This document shows, piece after piece, positions 19,041 to 30,390 of a stretch of DNA of 64,000 bases. The stretch comes from Candidatus Latescibacterota bacterium (lineage in GTDB: Bacteria > Latescibacterota > UBA2968 > GCA-2709665): positions 64,001 through 128,000 of the forward strand of contig CAXXXF010000002.1 of NCBI GenBank assembly GCA_963667175.2, in the 5' to 3' direction. The translations under genes were made by a program, and so were the position numbers. A model generated the notes under the pieces. The model ran no database searches and had not been told where the DNA came from. It saw only the letters and a list, made by a program, of their open reading frames with translations. Numbering within the stretch: position 1 is the first letter of the stretch; each line of letters opens with the position of its first letter.

Positions 19041-20146
19041 TGCCATTACGCCTGTTGTTCGCCGTTACCCTGACCGGCGGCCACACGATACCCGCACTTG
19101 GCGTGGCGGCCGCGATTCGTCAGAGGCGCCCTGATACGGTGATCAGATTCGTCGGCGTTGCGCGAGGCGTCGAGGCCCGGCTGGTTCCGCGCGCCGGCTA
19201 CGCCCTGGAGACGTTGCCGGTTATCGGTCTCAAACGGCGATTGCATCCGGATCTGCTGCAATTCCCGTGGTTGCTCCTGAAGGCCGTCTGTTCCGCCTTC
19301 CGTATCCTCGTTTTCTACCAACCACATACGGTAATCTGTACCGGCGGCCATGTGAGCGGCCCGGTGGGCATCGCCGCAAAGCTGCTTGGTATTCCGCTGG
19401 TGCTGCACGAGTCGAACAACCTCCCCGGGCTCACCGTTCGCCTGCTTTCCCGCACAGCCAGGCAGGTCTACCTGGCATTCGACGGCGCACGGCGACGCGT
19501 GGGCGGGCGTGAGAGATTCGTCGTCGGAAACCCGATCCGGGAGGGGTGGCGGCGCGTGGACAGGAACACGGCCCGCCGGCGGTTTGGTCTGGACGTTGAC
19601 CGGGCCGCGCTTCTTGTCATTGGAGGCAGTCAGGGTTCAATGGGAATCAACCGTGCCGTGGCGGAGGCGTTGCCGGGTTTGACGAAACGTGGCTATCAGA
19701 TTATCTGGCAGACCGGCAGGACGGGTTACCATGCAGCGGTATCCGCGGCTCGCCCCTTCGGAGACCGCGTGGTCGTGAGGGAATTCATCGACGACATGGC
19801 GGTGGCTTACAGCGCGGCGGACCTCGCCCTGACCCGGGCGGGCGCCATTACGGTAACCGAAATGACACGCCTGGGCGTGCCCGCGTTGATGGTGCCTTTG
19901 CCGCTCGCGACCGAGAACCATCAGGAATCCAATGCACGGGCCGTTGTGCGAGCCGGAGCCGCGAGGATGGTGCTCGAATCGGAACTGAGCGCGGACAGGC
20001 TGGTAGAGGAAGTTATCGAAATGGTCGATTCGAACGGCCTTCTTTTGGAAATGGCCCGCCGCAGTCGTGCGCTGGCCGTTCCGGACGCGGCCGCACGGAT
20101 GGTGGAGGGAATCGCGCGAAGTGGACTCCTCCGCGGTGAACGGTAG
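19040..20146 (+). CDS. murG: Lipid II GlcNAc transferase MurG
   Basis: TGGH, HESN, GNPIR, GGSQGS, RAGAITVTE, HQESNA. Confidence 0.95.
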   Translation: MPLRLLFAVTLTGGHTIPALGVAAAIRQRRPDTVIRFVGVARGVEARLVPRAGYALETLPVIGLKRRLHPDLLQFPWLLLKAVCSAFRILVFYQPHTVICTGGHVSGPVGIAAKLLGIPLVLHESNNLPGLTVRLLSRTARQVYLAFDGARRRVGGRERFVVGNPIREGWRRVDRNTARRRFGLDVDRAALLVIGGSQGSMGINRAVAEALPGLTKRGYQIIWQTGRTGYHAAVSAARPFGDRVVVREFIDDMAVAYSAADLALTRAGAITVTEMTRLGVPALMVPLPLATENHQESNARAVVRAGAARMVLESELSADRLVEEVIEMVDSNGLLLEMARRSRALAVPDAAARMVEGIARSGLLRGER

Positions 20147-20150
20147 CCGC

Positions 20151-21539
20151 ATGGTGGAATTGAAACCGGGTTGCCGGGTTCATTTTGTGGGCATCGGAGG
20201 GGTGGGTATGAGCGCGGTCGCGGAACTGCTCGTCCGGCAGGACTGCGTTGTCACCGGCTCCGACCGTGAGGCCTCCGCGCTGACGGATCGGTTGGGGACG
20301 CTGGGAATTCCCGTTCGGATCGGACATACGGCGGAGGCCGTAAGAGATACGGACCTGGTTGTATACACCTCCGCCGCGGGAACGGACAATTCGGAGTTAA
20401 GGGAAGCCAGATCGAAGGGGATTCCAACGGTCAGGCGGGCCGACCTCCTTGGTCAATTGACGACAGGGCATCGGGTCGTGGGCGTGACCGGTACCCATGG
20501 AAAGACGACAACGACTGCCATGGTGGGCGGGGTTCTCGAGGCGGCGGGTCTGGACCCGACCGTGCTGGTGGGTGGAATTGTTCGCGGTCCTGAAAGAAAC
20601 CTGCGGCCCGGCTCACGAACGCTGTGGGCGGTCGAGGCCGATGAGTTCGACCGGTCTTTTCTGACACTGAGACCCGAGGTCGCGGTCGTGACGTCACTCG
20701 AGGCGGACCATCTCGATTGTTACGGAGACATGCCGGCACTGTGTCGCGCCTTTCAGCAGTTTCTGGATCAGACGAGCCGATGCGCCGTGATGGCCTACGA
20801 CGCCCCTTTCGTGCGGCAATTGAACGCGGCGCATCTTGAGGTTCTCACCTATGGTCTGGTCGAGGAAGCGAGGATTTCCGCGCAACGAACGTTGCGCGAC
20901 GGCTTCCACAGTCGGTTTCGCGTGTTCGACCGTGGAAAACCGCTCGGCGAACTTGCCCTCCGGGTTCCGGGACGACACAATGTCACCAATGCGCTGGCCG
21001 CCGTGGGCGTGGGCATGGCGCTGCAGCTGCCCTGGACGGCAATCCGTTCCGGACTTGAAGACTTCCGGGGCGTCCGACGTCGGCTGGAGGTGCTCGGCGA
21101 TCCCGGCGGCGTGCGCGTGGTGAACGACTACGCCCATCATCCGACAGAGGTTCGCGCAGTCCTGGAGACGATCAGGGAGGGATGGACGGGCCGTCTGGTG
21201 GCTGTTTTCCAGCCCCATCTGCACTCGAGGACCAGAGATTTCGCGGTTGAATTCGGACAGGTGCTGAGTGAAGCCGACCAGGTCTGGGTGGCCGACGTCT
21301 ACGCCGCTCGAGAAAAAGCGATTCCCGGTGTGAGCGGCGAGACGGTGGCACGCCAGGTACGGAAGGCCGGCTGTTCCGAAGTATTCTATGTCCCGGCCTT
21401 GCGCGATCTCGAGCGTCGACTGTCGGAAGCGCTTGCGCCGGACGACCTCGTATTGGTGATGGGCGCCGGCGACGTGGAGCAGGTTGCCTACGGGCTTATT
21501 GACCGGTTGTCCGGGGGAGCGCCGCGGGCTGATGCATGA
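20151..21539 (+). CDS. murC: UDP-MurNAc--L-Ala ligase
   Basis: GIGGVGMS, GTHGKTTT, EADEFD, DYAHHPTE. Confidence 0.96.
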   Translation: MVELKPGCRVHFVGIGGVGMSAVAELLVRQDCVVTGSDREASALTDRLGTLGIPVRIGHTAEAVRDTDLVVYTSAAGTDNSELREARSKGIPTVRRADLLGQLTTGHRVVGVTGTHGKTTTTAMVGGVLEAAGLDPTVLVGGIVRGPERNLRPGSRTLWAVEADEFDRSFLTLRPEVAVVTSLEADHLDCYGDMPALCRAFQQFLDQTSRCAVMAYDAPFVRQLNAAHLEVLTYGLVEEARISAQRTLRDGFHSRFRVFDRGKPLGELALRVPGRHNVTNALAAVGVGMALQLPWTAIRSGLEDFRGVRRRLEVLGDPGGVRVVNDYAHHPTEVRAVLETIREGWTGRLVAVFQPHLHSRTRDFAVEFGQVLSEADQVWVADVYAAREKAIPGVSGETVARQVRKAGCSEVFYVPALRDLERRLSEALAPDDLVLVMGAGDVEQVAYGLIDRLSGGAPRADA

Positions 21540-22470
21540 CGCTTCAAAAAGGACTTCGCTCGCCCGTGAGATCCAGGCGCGCTGCAGGGGCGAACTTCTG
21601 GTTGATGAACCCTTGAAGAAGCACACCCACTTTGGCCTGGGCGGCTGTGCCGATCTGTTTTTCCGCCCTGCGGATATGGATGATCTGACTGCCGCGGTGC
21701 CACTCGTTCTGGACTCCGAACTTCAGGTGCTGCCCCTCGGCGGTGGAACCAACATGCTGGTGAACGACGCCGGGTTCAGGGGGCTCGTCATCTGTCTGAC
21801 CCGCGGACTCGCGGGAATGGCGGTCGAATCGGATCAGGGCGTTGCACAGGCGGGCGCAAGCCTACAGGTGTTTTCGAGACGCTGCCAGCGTGCCGGGCGC
21901 GCCGGGATGGAGTTCGGCTGCGGAATTCCAGGCACCGTGGGGGGCGCGATACGGGGCAACGCCGGCGCGTGGGGCGGGCAGATCATGGAGCGTGCGGCGT
22001 GGGTGAGAGGTCTGGACCTCCGATCGGGCCGGGCGGTGGAATTGCTGAAAGAGTCCATCTCGTTTTCGTACCGCCAAACGGTTCTTCCTCCGGGATTCCT
22101 GATCGTGGAGGCAGGTTTTCTGCTGGAAGAGGACGATCCCGCAAGGGTCCAGACACGCATGGACGAGATGCTCGCCCAGCGAAGAAGCTCTCAGCCGCTT
22201 TGGGCGCGAAACGCCGGATGCATTTTCAAGAATCCTCCGGGGACGTCGGCGGGGTTGCTCATCGACAGGGCCGGATGCAAGGGGTTGTCCGTAGGCGACG
22301 TCGAAGTGTCGGACGTCCATGCGAATTTCATCGTGAACCGGGGCGCCGGCACCGCGGCGGACGTGCGCTCGCTGGTACGCAAGGTTCAGGAAAGAGTACA
22401 ACAGACTTTTGGCATCGAAATGGCTATGGAAGTTCGGATCGTCGGCGAGTGGGGAATCGAGAACGCCTGA
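21532..22470 (+). CDS. murB: UDP-N-acetylenolpyruvoylglucosamine reductase
   Basis: GIPGTVGGA..NAGAWG, AGCIFKNP, HANFIVN. Confidence 0.96.
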   Translation: MHDASKRTSLAREIQARCRGELLVDEPLKKHTHFGLGGCADLFFRPADMDDLTAAVPLVLDSELQVLPLGGGTNMLVNDAGFRGLVICLTRGLAGMAVESDQGVAQAGASLQVFSRRCQRAGRAGMEFGCGIPGTVGGAIRGNAGAWGGQIMERAAWVRGLDLRSGRAVELLKESISFSYRQTVLPPGFLIVEAGFLLEEDDPARVQTRMDEMLAQRRSSQPLWARNAGCIFKNPPGTSAGLLIDRAGCKGLSVGDVEVSDVHANFIVNRGAGTAADVRSLVRKVQERVQQTFGIEMAMEVRIVGEWGIENA

Positions 22471-22545
22471 AGCCGGGCGCCGCAATCGGTCCTGAATCCC
22501 CAGGGATGACGTGTGTCGCGGAAGCATTTTGCGTGCGCCCCATCG

Positions 22546-22688
22546 CAGTCCGTAGAAAAAGTCGCTCTGCAGGCGAGGCCGAGTCATTGTGGCCGAAGAC
22601 AAGGCGCGCCTGTCTGCTGCAGGCAGGCAACGCCGTATTTCGGTCACAAGGGCCGGACGCAGACCGGATGGACTCTTTCAACGGACTG
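22546..22688. mobile_element. MITE copy 2 (143 bp, internally deleted)
   Basis: CAGTCCGTAGAAAAAGTCG ... TTTCAACGGACTG; collinear with the copies at 43749 and 52062; no clear target duplication. Confidence 0.8.
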
Positions 22689-22719
22689 AATAGTCCGCAC
22701 TTAAATGGACGGAGGTCCT

Positions 22720-23514
22720 ATGTCGAGCCATCGACCGATCTATTCCCGGACGCAGGAACGTGAGCGGATTCGCGCCGAGGAGCCGGAAACCCGGTCGCCG
22801 GCCGGGATACTGCGGTGGATTGTCATTCTGGCGCTTGTCGGATTGCTTCTATTCGGCATTCAGAACGCATACTCGGCCCTGACGGATTCCGACCTGTTCC
22901 GTCTGGACCATATTTCCGTGGCCGGCAACCGGCTCCTGAAGGATCGCGAGGTCGCGACTCTTTCCGGTCTCGAAATAGGGGTCAACCTGTTTGCGGCCGA
23001 TCTTAAAGCGGCCACGCAGCGACTGGTTGCCGATCCCGCGATCAGGGATGCATTGCTGTTGAGGCAACCGCCGGGCGGGCTGCTTATTCAACTGAAGGAG
23101 AGGCGACTGCTTGCGCTCGCCACCACGTCGGACGGATTGTACGGGTTGGACGACGAAGGCGTGCTCTTTCCTCTGCCGCAGATGCCGTTCAATCTGCCGA
23201 TCGTGACAGGTATTGACGCGGTCGCGGACACTTCAGGGGCCTACCGGTTGTCTCACCTTGTCACGTTTCTGGGGCAGATACGGTCGAATGCGCCGGCGTT
23301 CCTGGATGAAGTTTCCGAGGTGCACCTGGTGTCTGTCATGGAGGCACGCGTCTATCTCGTGGGAGATGGACTGACGCTTCGGATGCGGCTTGACGACGCG
23401 GTCGACCAGGTCCGTCGGTTTGACGCGTTTATTAAGTCGGGGGCACACAGAATCACGACGCCCGCCTACGTAGATCTCCGGTATTCGAATCAGGTCGTTG
23501 TGGGTACGGGTTGA
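22720..23514 (+). CDS. ftsQ: Cell division protein FtsQ/DivIB
   Basis: TM, POTRA and C-terminal YVDLRYSNQVVV; GGAGG RBS. Confidence 0.9.
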   Translation: MSSHRPIYSRTQERERIRAEEPETRSPAGILRWIVILALVGLLLFGIQNAYSALTDSDLFRLDHISVAGNRLLKDREVATLSGLEIGVNLFAADLKAATQRLVADPAIRDALLLRQPPGGLLIQLKERRLLALATTSDGLYGLDDEGVLFPLPQMPFNLPIVTGIDAVADTSGAYRLSHLVTFLGQIRSNAPAFLDEVSEVHLVSVMEARVYLVGDGLTLRMRLDDAVDQVRRFDAFIKSGAHRITTPAYVDLRYSNQVVVGTG

Positions 23515-23571
23515 GATTTCCGCGGACCCGTATACAGCACGTATCCGGCAGCAGCTGGAAAGGAAGCGAGG

Positions 23572-24807
23572 ATGGCCAAAGGGGACCAGATCGTTGGTAT
23601 GGATATCGGAACGACCAAGATCTGCGTGGTCGTGGCCGAGGCAGGCGAAGACGATCAGCTCAGGATTACGGGCATTGGCACAAGCCCGTCCAACGGACTG
23701 AAACGCGGCGTTGTTGTGAACGTTGCACAAACCGTCCTATCCATCCAACGTGCCGTCGAAGAAGCGGAACAGGCCTCCGATGTACGTATAGGGGCCGTTT
23801 ACGCCGGCATCGCGGGCGAACATATTCGCAGCCTCAATTGCCGAGGTGTGATCGCCGTATCCGGAAACGACAACGAGATAACGGCTCAGGATGAGGCGCG
23901 CGTAATCGAAACCGCCAAGGCCGTTTCGATCCCCATGGACCGGGAAATAATCCACGTGTTGCCTCAATCGTTTGTCGTGGACGACCAGCCCGGCGTCAAG
24001 AATCCCATAGGAATGTCGGGCGTGCGTCTCGAGGCCGACGTGCATATGGTAACCGGCGCCGTGACGTCGGCGCAGAATATATGCAAGAGCATCCGAAGGG
24101 CCGGTGTCGAAGTTGAGGATCTCGTGCTGGAACCGCTGGCATCCAGCTACGCCGTTTTGTCGCCGGAAGAAGAGGAGATGGGCGTCACCCTGGTCGACAT
24201 CGGCGGCGGCACCACCGACGTCGCGGTATTCTACGACGGCAGCATTCGACATACGGCCGTCGTGGGGTTGGGCGGCGAGAACGTAACCAACGACATTTCG
24301 ATCGGCCTGAGAACGCCGCTGGTCCAGGCGGAAAGTATCAAACGCTCGCGCGGCTGTTCGTCGAACGCCAAGATCGATAAGGGCGAGACCATACAGGTTC
24401 CGGGAATTGGCGGACGGCCCTCCTTCGATGTGCCTCGAGAGGAACTGACGGCGATTATCGAAGCGCGCATGGAGGAAATCTTCACCCTGGTCCATCGTGA
24501 AATCCGCAGGACGGATTATGCGGACCTGCTGGCGGCAGGCGTCGTCATTACCGGCGGCGGATCGATGCTCGAGGGGACGGCCGAGCTGGCGGAGGAGGTA
24601 TTTGGAATGCCCGTCAGTGTGGGCATGCCGAACGGCGTGACCGGCCTTTCGGACGACGCCACCGCCCCCGTCTACGCAACCGGCGTCGGCCTGGTGAAAT
24701 TCGGTCTGCGGCAGCGGGAATTCGGCGGAACGATGCGTGTTGCAGGCAATGGTTCTTTCGGATCCGTATTGGGCAGGATGAAGGCGTGGGTGAAGGATTT
24801 TTTCTAG
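23572..24807 (+). CDS. ftsA: Cell division protein FtsA
   Basis: [24 protein letters not shown]. Confidence 0.97.
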   Translation: MAKGDQIVGMDIGTTKICVVVAEAGEDDQLRITGIGTSPSNGLKRGVVVNVAQTVLSIQRAVEEAEQASDVRIGAVYAGIAGEHIRSLNCRGVIAVSGNDNEITAQDEARVIETAKAVSIPMDREIIHVLPQSFVVDDQPGVKNPIGMSGVRLEADVHMVTGAVTSAQNICKSIRRAGVEVEDLVLEPLASSYAVLSPEEEEMGVTLVDIGGGTTDVAVFYDGSIRHTAVVGLGGENVTNDISIGLRTPLVQAESIKRSRGCSSNAKIDKGETIQVPGIGGRPSFDVPREELTAIIEARMEEIFTLVHREIRRTDYADLLAAGVVITGGGSMLEGTAELAEEVFGMPVSVGMPNGVTGLSDDATAPVYATGVGLVKFGLRQREFGGTMRVAGNGSFGSVLGRMKAWVKDFF

Positions 24808-24985
24808 GGGCTGTTTCAGAATTGCCGGTGAGCTCCCGAGCGCGCGTGAAGCGGTACGTAAGACTACGTCAATGGCGAACCACGGCCGGGGGGACCGGTC
24901 GGATTCAAAGAGACTCCCATTTCTACGGAAGGGTCGACCGAACGGGACCGCACCCTCCACAACGCGAATTGACAGGAGAGACCAA

Positions 24986-26149
24986 ATGGTGACATTTTCG
25001 ATCGTTGACACTGACAACCAGGCGAAGATGCGGGTTGTGGGGGTCGGGGGCGCCGGCGGAAACGCGGTAAACCGGATGATTGCGGCGGACCTCAAGGGCG
25101 TGGAGTTTATCGCGGTTAATTCGGATATGCAGGATCTGGACAAATCCGAGGCATTGAAACGCGTACAGATCGGCCAGTCGATCACAAAGGGGTTGGGCGC
25201 GGGCGCCAATCCTGAAACCGGACGGAAGGCCATGGAGGAAGACCGGGACCACGTCACGGAACTCCTCGCCGGTTCGGATATGGTGTTCGTGACCGCCGGT
25301 ATGGGGGGCGGAACCGGTACGGGCGCCGCGCCGGTCGTGGCGGAAATCGCAAGTGAGGCCGGAGCGCTGACGGTGGGCATCGTGACCAAGCCGTTCAAAA
25401 TGGAGGGGGCGCCCCGCTTGCGCAACGCGGAGGCGGGTATCGCTCAGTTGAAGGAATCCGTGGACACGCTCATCGTGATTCCAAACCAGCGTCTCCTGGA
25501 CATTTGCTCCGACGAGACCACGCTGCGAGAGGCATTCAGACTTGCCGACGACGTGCTGCTGCAGGCAACGCGCGGGATCTCGGATCTGATTGCGATACCC
25601 GGCGAAGTGAATCTGGATTTCAACGACGTTCGCACGGTAATGAAGCAGGGCGGAGACGCGTTGATGGGAACCGGCACGGCAGAGGGAGAAGGCCGCGCGG
25701 TCCACGCGGCCGAGGCAGCCATCAAGAGCCCCCTGCTGGAGGATCTGTCCATTGACGGCGCAAGGTGCGTCCTCGTAAATATCGCGGCCGGCAGCGATTT
25801 GAAGCTGTTCGAAGTGGACGAATCGGTATCTACCGTAACCAAGGCGGTTGGCCCCGAAGCCAACATTATCTGGGGTACCGTGCTGGATGACGGCCTCAGC
25901 GATGAACTGCGCGTGACGGTGATTGCCACCGGTTTCGCCAGGGATGAGGATCTCGCTGGAACGAAAGCGCAACGAGTGCCTGCGGACAACCCGCTCGGGC
26001 TGGATGTACCGGCATATTTGCGCAAGGCCGGCGCCGCCGAGGTCACGGAGCCGCAGGTCGCGCCGGAGGAGAACGCGGAAGTGGATCTATCGCTGGACGA
26101 CCTCGAAATACCGTCGTTTCTTAGGCGGCGCCTGAAAGATACCGCCTGA
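24986..26149 (+). CDS. ftsZ: Cell division protein FtsZ
   Basis: [27 protein letters not shown]-terminal LEIPSFLRR. Confidence 0.98.
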   Translation: MVTFSIVDTDNQAKMRVVGVGGAGGNAVNRMIAADLKGVEFIAVNSDMQDLDKSEALKRVQIGQSITKGLGAGANPETGRKAMEEDRDHVTELLAGSDMVFVTAGMGGGTGTGAAPVVAEIASEAGALTVGIVTKPFKMEGAPRLRNAEAGIAQLKESVDTLIVIPNQRLLDICSDETTLREAFRLADDVLLQATRGISDLIAIPGEVNLDFNDVRTVMKQGGDALMGTGTAEGEGRAVHAAEAAIKSPLLEDLSIDGARCVLVNIAAGSDLKLFEVDESVSTVTKAVGPEANIIWGTVLDDGLSDELRVTVIATGFARDEDLAGTKAQRVPADNPLGLDVPAYLRKAGAAEVTEPQVAPEENAEVDLSLDDLEIPSFLRRRLKDTA

Positions 26150-26207
26150 CGCACGGTCGCGTTTCGCCCATGCGTGTGTTTCTCGGAGACGATTGAGGAG
26201 TACGGAT

Positions 26208-27188
26208 ATGGACAGCGTGCGATGGGGTATCGTGGGATGTGGCGACGTCACGGAGGTGAAGAGCGGACCCGGATTTCAGAATGCGAGCGGGTCCGCCCTG
26301 TCGGCCGTGATGAGGCGTGACGTGGGCAAGGCTGCCGACTACGCGCGCAGACACGGGGTGCCGCGGTTTTACGGGCAGGCGGAAGCATTGATTGAGGATT
26401 CCGAGGTCGACGCGGTATACGTGGCGACCCCGCCTTCTTCGCATCTCGACCTGGTCCTGAAGGTGGCGGACGCCGGCAAGCCATGCCTTGTGGAAAAACC
26501 CATGGCGATGAATCTCAGCGAGTGCGAGCAGATGGTTGCGGCCTTCCGAAAGACAGGACGGCCGCTTTTTGTGGCCTATTACAGGCGGGCGCTGCCTCGA
26601 TTCCTGCGCGTTCGGGAGTTGCTTCGGGACGGGGCGGTCGGCGAGCTGAGTTCGGTGCATATTGCACACTACGATCCGCTCGCGCGCGGCGACGGGGCGA
26701 ATGGCTGGCGATTCAGGCCGGAGATTTCGGGTGGGGGGCTGTTTGTGGATTTGGGGTCTCACGGCCTGGATCTGCTGGATTTTCTCGTGAGTCCCATCAG
26801 ACGGGCGTGGGGATGTGCCGCAAACACGGGCGGCACGTACGAGGCCGAGGACGTGGTCGCGGGAGGCTTTGAATTCGAATCGGGAATTGTCGGAACGGGC
26901 ATCTGGAATTTCAACGCGGATTGTTCGGAAGACCGAATCACGTTCACCGGATCCGACGGGGAGGTGCATTGTCCGGTTTTTTCGGATTCCGAGGTCCTGG
27001 TCCGGAAAGGCGACGAAACAGCGACGCTGGAATACAGGAACCCTCCCCACGTACATCAGCCGTTGATCCAGACGGTGGTGAATGAACTCCTGGGCAGGGG
27101 AAGATGCGAGTCAACCGGCGAGAGTGCCGCCAGGACGGCCCGGGTGATGGACCGGTGTCTGAAATCGTACTACGAAGAACGCAACTGA
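26208..27188 (+). CDS. Gfo/Idh/MocA family oxidoreductase
   Basis: WGIVGCG, VEKPMA, DLGSHGLD. Confidence 0.9.
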   Translation: MDSVRWGIVGCGDVTEVKSGPGFQNASGSALSAVMRRDVGKAADYARRHGVPRFYGQAEALIEDSEVDAVYVATPPSSHLDLVLKVADAGKPCLVEKPMAMNLSECEQMVAAFRKTGRPLFVAYYRRALPRFLRVRELLRDGAVGELSSVHIAHYDPLARGDGANGWRFRPEISGGGLFVDLGSHGLDLLDFLVSPIRRAWGCAANTGGTYEAEDVVAGGFEFESGIVGTGIWNFNADCSEDRITFTGSDGEVHCPVFSDSEVLVRKGDETATLEYRNPPHVHQPLIQTVVNELLGRGRCESTGESAARTARVMDRCLKSYYEERN

Positions 27189-27200
27189 ACGTCCCTGCGG

Positions 27201-27282
27201 CCTGAGCCTGTCGAAGGATCGGCGAAGGCGCGGTTATCATTCTGTTGTTGAGATACAGAACCGCGGGCATTCTGACAAGCTC
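27201..27282. repeat. Degenerate REP-like doublet (CCTGAGCCTGTCGAAGG family)
   Basis: CCTGAGCCTGTCGAAGG at 27201-27217 and a degenerate inverted partner TTCTGACAAGCTC at 27270-27282, between convergent genes. Confidence 0.55.
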
Positions 27283-27405
27283 GACGCGCGCGATGACCAC
27301 GTTCCGATAGGCCGCGCGACAGGATGGGCGAACGTAGGCCAGGCATCGGGGCGGGATGAATCGGCGTTTGAACGGAAACTCACTTCCGTGACGGGACACT
27401 GCGGA

Positions 27406-28503
27406 TCAGGCGGGCTTCCCCGTCCGAAGATAGGCCTCGAGCGCGGCCGGATCCATTCCGGCAATGCCCAGATCGTCGACGTCTCTACCGCTGGTCCAGC
27501 CGTCCGTTCCGATGACGATCGATCCGACGTCGACCATGGCGCGAATCGTGGGCGCGGGTACACCGTACTGGGCGCCTACGGAGTGCCAGGCTGCCAGACC
27601 GTAGGGAACGTCTTCCGTAAGCCATCGGCTTTCCAGGGAGCCGGGCGCTTTGAGGCGGGTGAGCATGTAACTGCCGTTGATCGTGGCCCAGAGGTCCCCT
27701 CCCGGTCCGAAGCCGGCCCGATGAAAGGCGATATTCGCCGGGGGCAGGTCATAACCGAGTCGCATGGCGATCGCGCGGCGTTCGTCGTCCACCCGTGTGA
27801 TTACTCTGGCCACGGCGGGCGTCACCCCCTCTTCGTAAAAGTAGAATTCGCCGCGGGAATATTCCACGCGGCCGGCGTTCAGGAGGACACCGGCGGGATG
27901 GACCACGGGGTTCATCGCGGCCAGACCGCAGGCCATCACGTCGGGATAACCCGTTACCCCCGGAAAAAGACGGTCCAGACGTGCCCGCACGGGTCCGAAT
28001 TCACTGGCTGGCAGCACGCCCAGGCCCAGACCCGTGACGATGCCCCAGATGGTGGCGGTGTCGGGTGTCGTCTTCCGGCAGACGAACGGCGCGGTATCTA
28101 CTTCGGCGAGTACGACGCCTTCGGCGCCAGCCTCGCGGAGGATGCGCGCCCACTCCAGGGTCCCGAGTGTGCCGGGCATGATGACGACGGTCTGACCCGG
28201 CCGCAGGAACGGGGCACAGACTTCAGCAAACGCTCTGTGAGCGTACGCCGGTACGATGAGCAGCACCAGGTCCGGCGATTCAAGCGCCTCCTCGATATCG
28301 GTCGTGACGCGGTGGATTCTGGCCGGGCCCTCTCCACCTGCGCCGAGCAGATGGATGATGCCGTCGTCTGCAATCGGATCGAGAGATTCCCTGAATTCAG
28401 GAATCTCGTAGAGCGTGATCTCAAAGCCCTTCAGGCTGAGATTGGCAGCTACGGCAAAAGCCGTGTTTCCGCCGCCGAGAACGGTTAGTGTATTGACCGA
28501 CAT
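27406..28503 (-). CDS. NAD/NADP octopine/nopaline (opine) dehydrogenase family protein
   Basis: VLGGGNTAFAVAA, NPVVHP..LLNAGRVE, FYFYEEG, RWLTEDVPYGL. Confidence 0.88.
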   Translation of the reverse strand: MSVNTLTVLGGGNTAFAVAANLSLKGFEITLYEIPEFRESLDPIADDGIIHLLGAGGEGPARIHRVTTDIEEALESPDLVLLIVPAYAHRAFAEVCAPFLRPGQTVVIMPGTLGTLEWARILREAGAEGVVLAEVDTAPFVCRKTTPDTATIWGIVTGLGLGVLPASEFGPVRARLDRLFPGVTGYPDVMACGLAAMNPVVHPAGVLLNAGRVEYSRGEFYFYEEGVTPAVARVITRVDDERRAIAMRLGYDLPPANIAFHRAGFGPGGDLWATINGSYMLTRLKAPGSLESRWLTEDVPYGLAAWHSVGAQYGVPAPTIRAMVDVGSIVIGTDGWTSGRDVDDLGIAGMDPAALEAYLRTGKPA

Positions 28504-28784
28504 GGTACGCGCCTCGCAAGTGGACAATTGTTACGCGTAGGAGGATTTCGTCGATTCGCGATCGGACTTACGAATCAGCATCCGTTCATTTCAGGCGCAA
28601 ATATAAACCCGGCCCATCGGCGGGACAAGAACCGATTCGTCGGGGACGGCCGTCGATCCTGGCGTCTGAATCGGCCGGTTCATCCGCGCACACTCGCTGG
28701 AATTCAGGTCGGATTCTTGTAGACCCGCATGAGCCGGCACAAAGGCCTGTTCACGTCCGAAAGTCCAACAGGAGGAGGGACCCA

Positions 28785-29294
28785 TTGCCCTACGAGGACC
28801 ACAAGAAACAGGCGCAGGGCGCCGTCAACTGCGCCGTACTCACGATCAGCGACACGAGGACGGAAGCCGACGACAAGAGCGGCAGGATGATCAGAGATCT
28901 GCTCGAATCCGGTGGTCACACGACGGGATTCTACGAGGTGGTCCCGGACGACCCGGGCCGAATCCGCGACCTGGTCGTCCGAATAACGGACGGAGGGCTC
29001 TGCCAGGCGATCCTGACCAGCGGCGGCACCGGCATCGCTGCCCGGGATACCACCTACGAAGCCGTGGTCGGGCTGCTTGAAAAACGGCTGGACGGCTTTG
29101 GTGAACTCTTCCGATTCCTGAGCTGGGATGACATCGGCTCCGGCGCCATGCTCTCGCGCGCCGTCGCCGGCGTCTACCGCGACACGATGATTTTCTGCAT
29201 GCCCGGCTCTTCCGGCGCCGTACGCCTCGCGATGGAAAAACTGGTCGTTCCCGAACTATCGCACCTTGTCTGGGAAATCTGGCGGCAGAAGTAA
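28785..29294 (+). CDS. moaB: Molybdenum cofactor biosynthesis protein MoaB/MogA
   Basis: LTISDTR..DDKSG, TSGGTG...RDTTYEA, MPGS; GGAGG RBS before a TTG start. Confidence 0.9.
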   Translation: MPYEDHKKQAQGAVNCAVLTISDTRTEADDKSGRMIRDLLESGGHTTGFYEVVPDDPGRIRDLVVRITDGGLCQAILTSGGTGIAARDTTYEAVVGLLEKRLDGFGELFRFLSWDDIGSGAMLSRAVAGVYRDTMIFCMPGSSGAVRLAMEKLVVPELSHLVWEIWRQK

Positions 29295-29331
29295 CCCCGG
29301 AGTGCGGCGGAGCACCCGATGCCAGGGAGGC

Positions 29332-30285
29332 ATGATGCCAGGAGTGGGGCTGGTTGCGCACCCTGATTTTTCACGGCATGAACCCGGCCATGGACACCCG
29401 GAGCGTCCCGAACGGCTCCACGCCATCCACAGCCGGCTGGACGAGACCGGTCTCAGGGAACGGCTCATCGACGTTGCGCCGAAAATCGTTGGCGTCGACT
29501 GGCTGGAAAAAGTCCACACTCCACGTCACGTCGCCGAGGTTCGGCGCCGCTGCGAACGGAACATGCCTCTCATGGACGCGGGGGACACGTTCATTTGTCC
29601 TGAATCCTTCAACGTCGGACGTCTTGCGGCGGGGGCGGCCTGCGAGGCGGTCGATGCGGTCATGGACGACCGCGCAGACGCCGTATTCTGCGCCACGAGG
29701 CCGCCGGGCCACCACGCGGAACGCGACAGAGCCATGGGCTTCTGCCTGTTCAACAACGTGGCGGTCGCCGCGCGGTACGTTCAGTCCGCCCACCGTCTGA
29801 AACGTGTCCTCATCGTCGACTGGGACGTGCATCACGGAAACGGTACCCAGCATATCTTCGAAGAAGACCCCGACGTGTTTTATTTCAGTACCCATCAGTA
29901 TCCCCATTATCCCTGGTTCAGCGGTAGCAGCGGCGAAACGGGCGTGGGCGCCGGTAAGGGAACGAACCGGAACGCGCCGATGCCCGCCGGAGCAGGCGAC
30001 GATCAGTTCCTTCGTGCGTTCGACGAACTCCTTTCCCCCGCAATGGCCCGTTTCCGCCCCGACTTCGTCATCGTCTCCGCCGGGTTCGACGGGCACGTCA
30101 GCGACCCTCTTTCCGGCACGCGTGTCACGGAAGACGGATTTGCCGAAATGACGCGCCGGGTACGTGAGATTGCAGGGGCCTACGCCAACGATCGTCTCAT
30201 TTCGGTCCTGGAAGGCGGCTACGACCTCAACGGCCTTTCCCGTTGCGTCGAAACCCACCTGAACGCGCTGTTGGAGACCAATTAG
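29332..30285 (+). CDS. Histone deacetylase family (Zn amidohydrolase) protein
   Basis: HPERPER, RPPGHHA, GFCLFNN, DWDVHHGNGT, LEGGY. Confidence 0.94.
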   Translation: MMPGVGLVAHPDFSRHEPGHGHPERPERLHAIHSRLDETGLRERLIDVAPKIVGVDWLEKVHTPRHVAEVRRRCERNMPLMDAGDTFICPESFNVGRLAAGAACEAVDAVMDDRADAVFCATRPPGHHAERDRAMGFCLFNNVAVAARYVQSAHRLKRVLIVDWDVHHGNGTQHIFEEDPDVFYFSTHQYPHYPWFSGSSGETGVGAGKGTNRNAPMPAGAGDDQFLRAFDELLSPAMARFRPDFVIVSAGFDGHVSDPLSGTRVTEDGFAEMTRRVREIAGAYANDRLISVLEGGYDLNGLSRCVETHLNALLETN

Positions 30286-30390
30286 CGCACGTCCGCGGAA
30301 CCCTTAGGTCGACACGTTCGTCTGCTGACTCGACTTCCGGAAGTTCGGCTGTTGTCGTTCTCCCGGGTCGAAAACGTCAATGGAGGCTCA

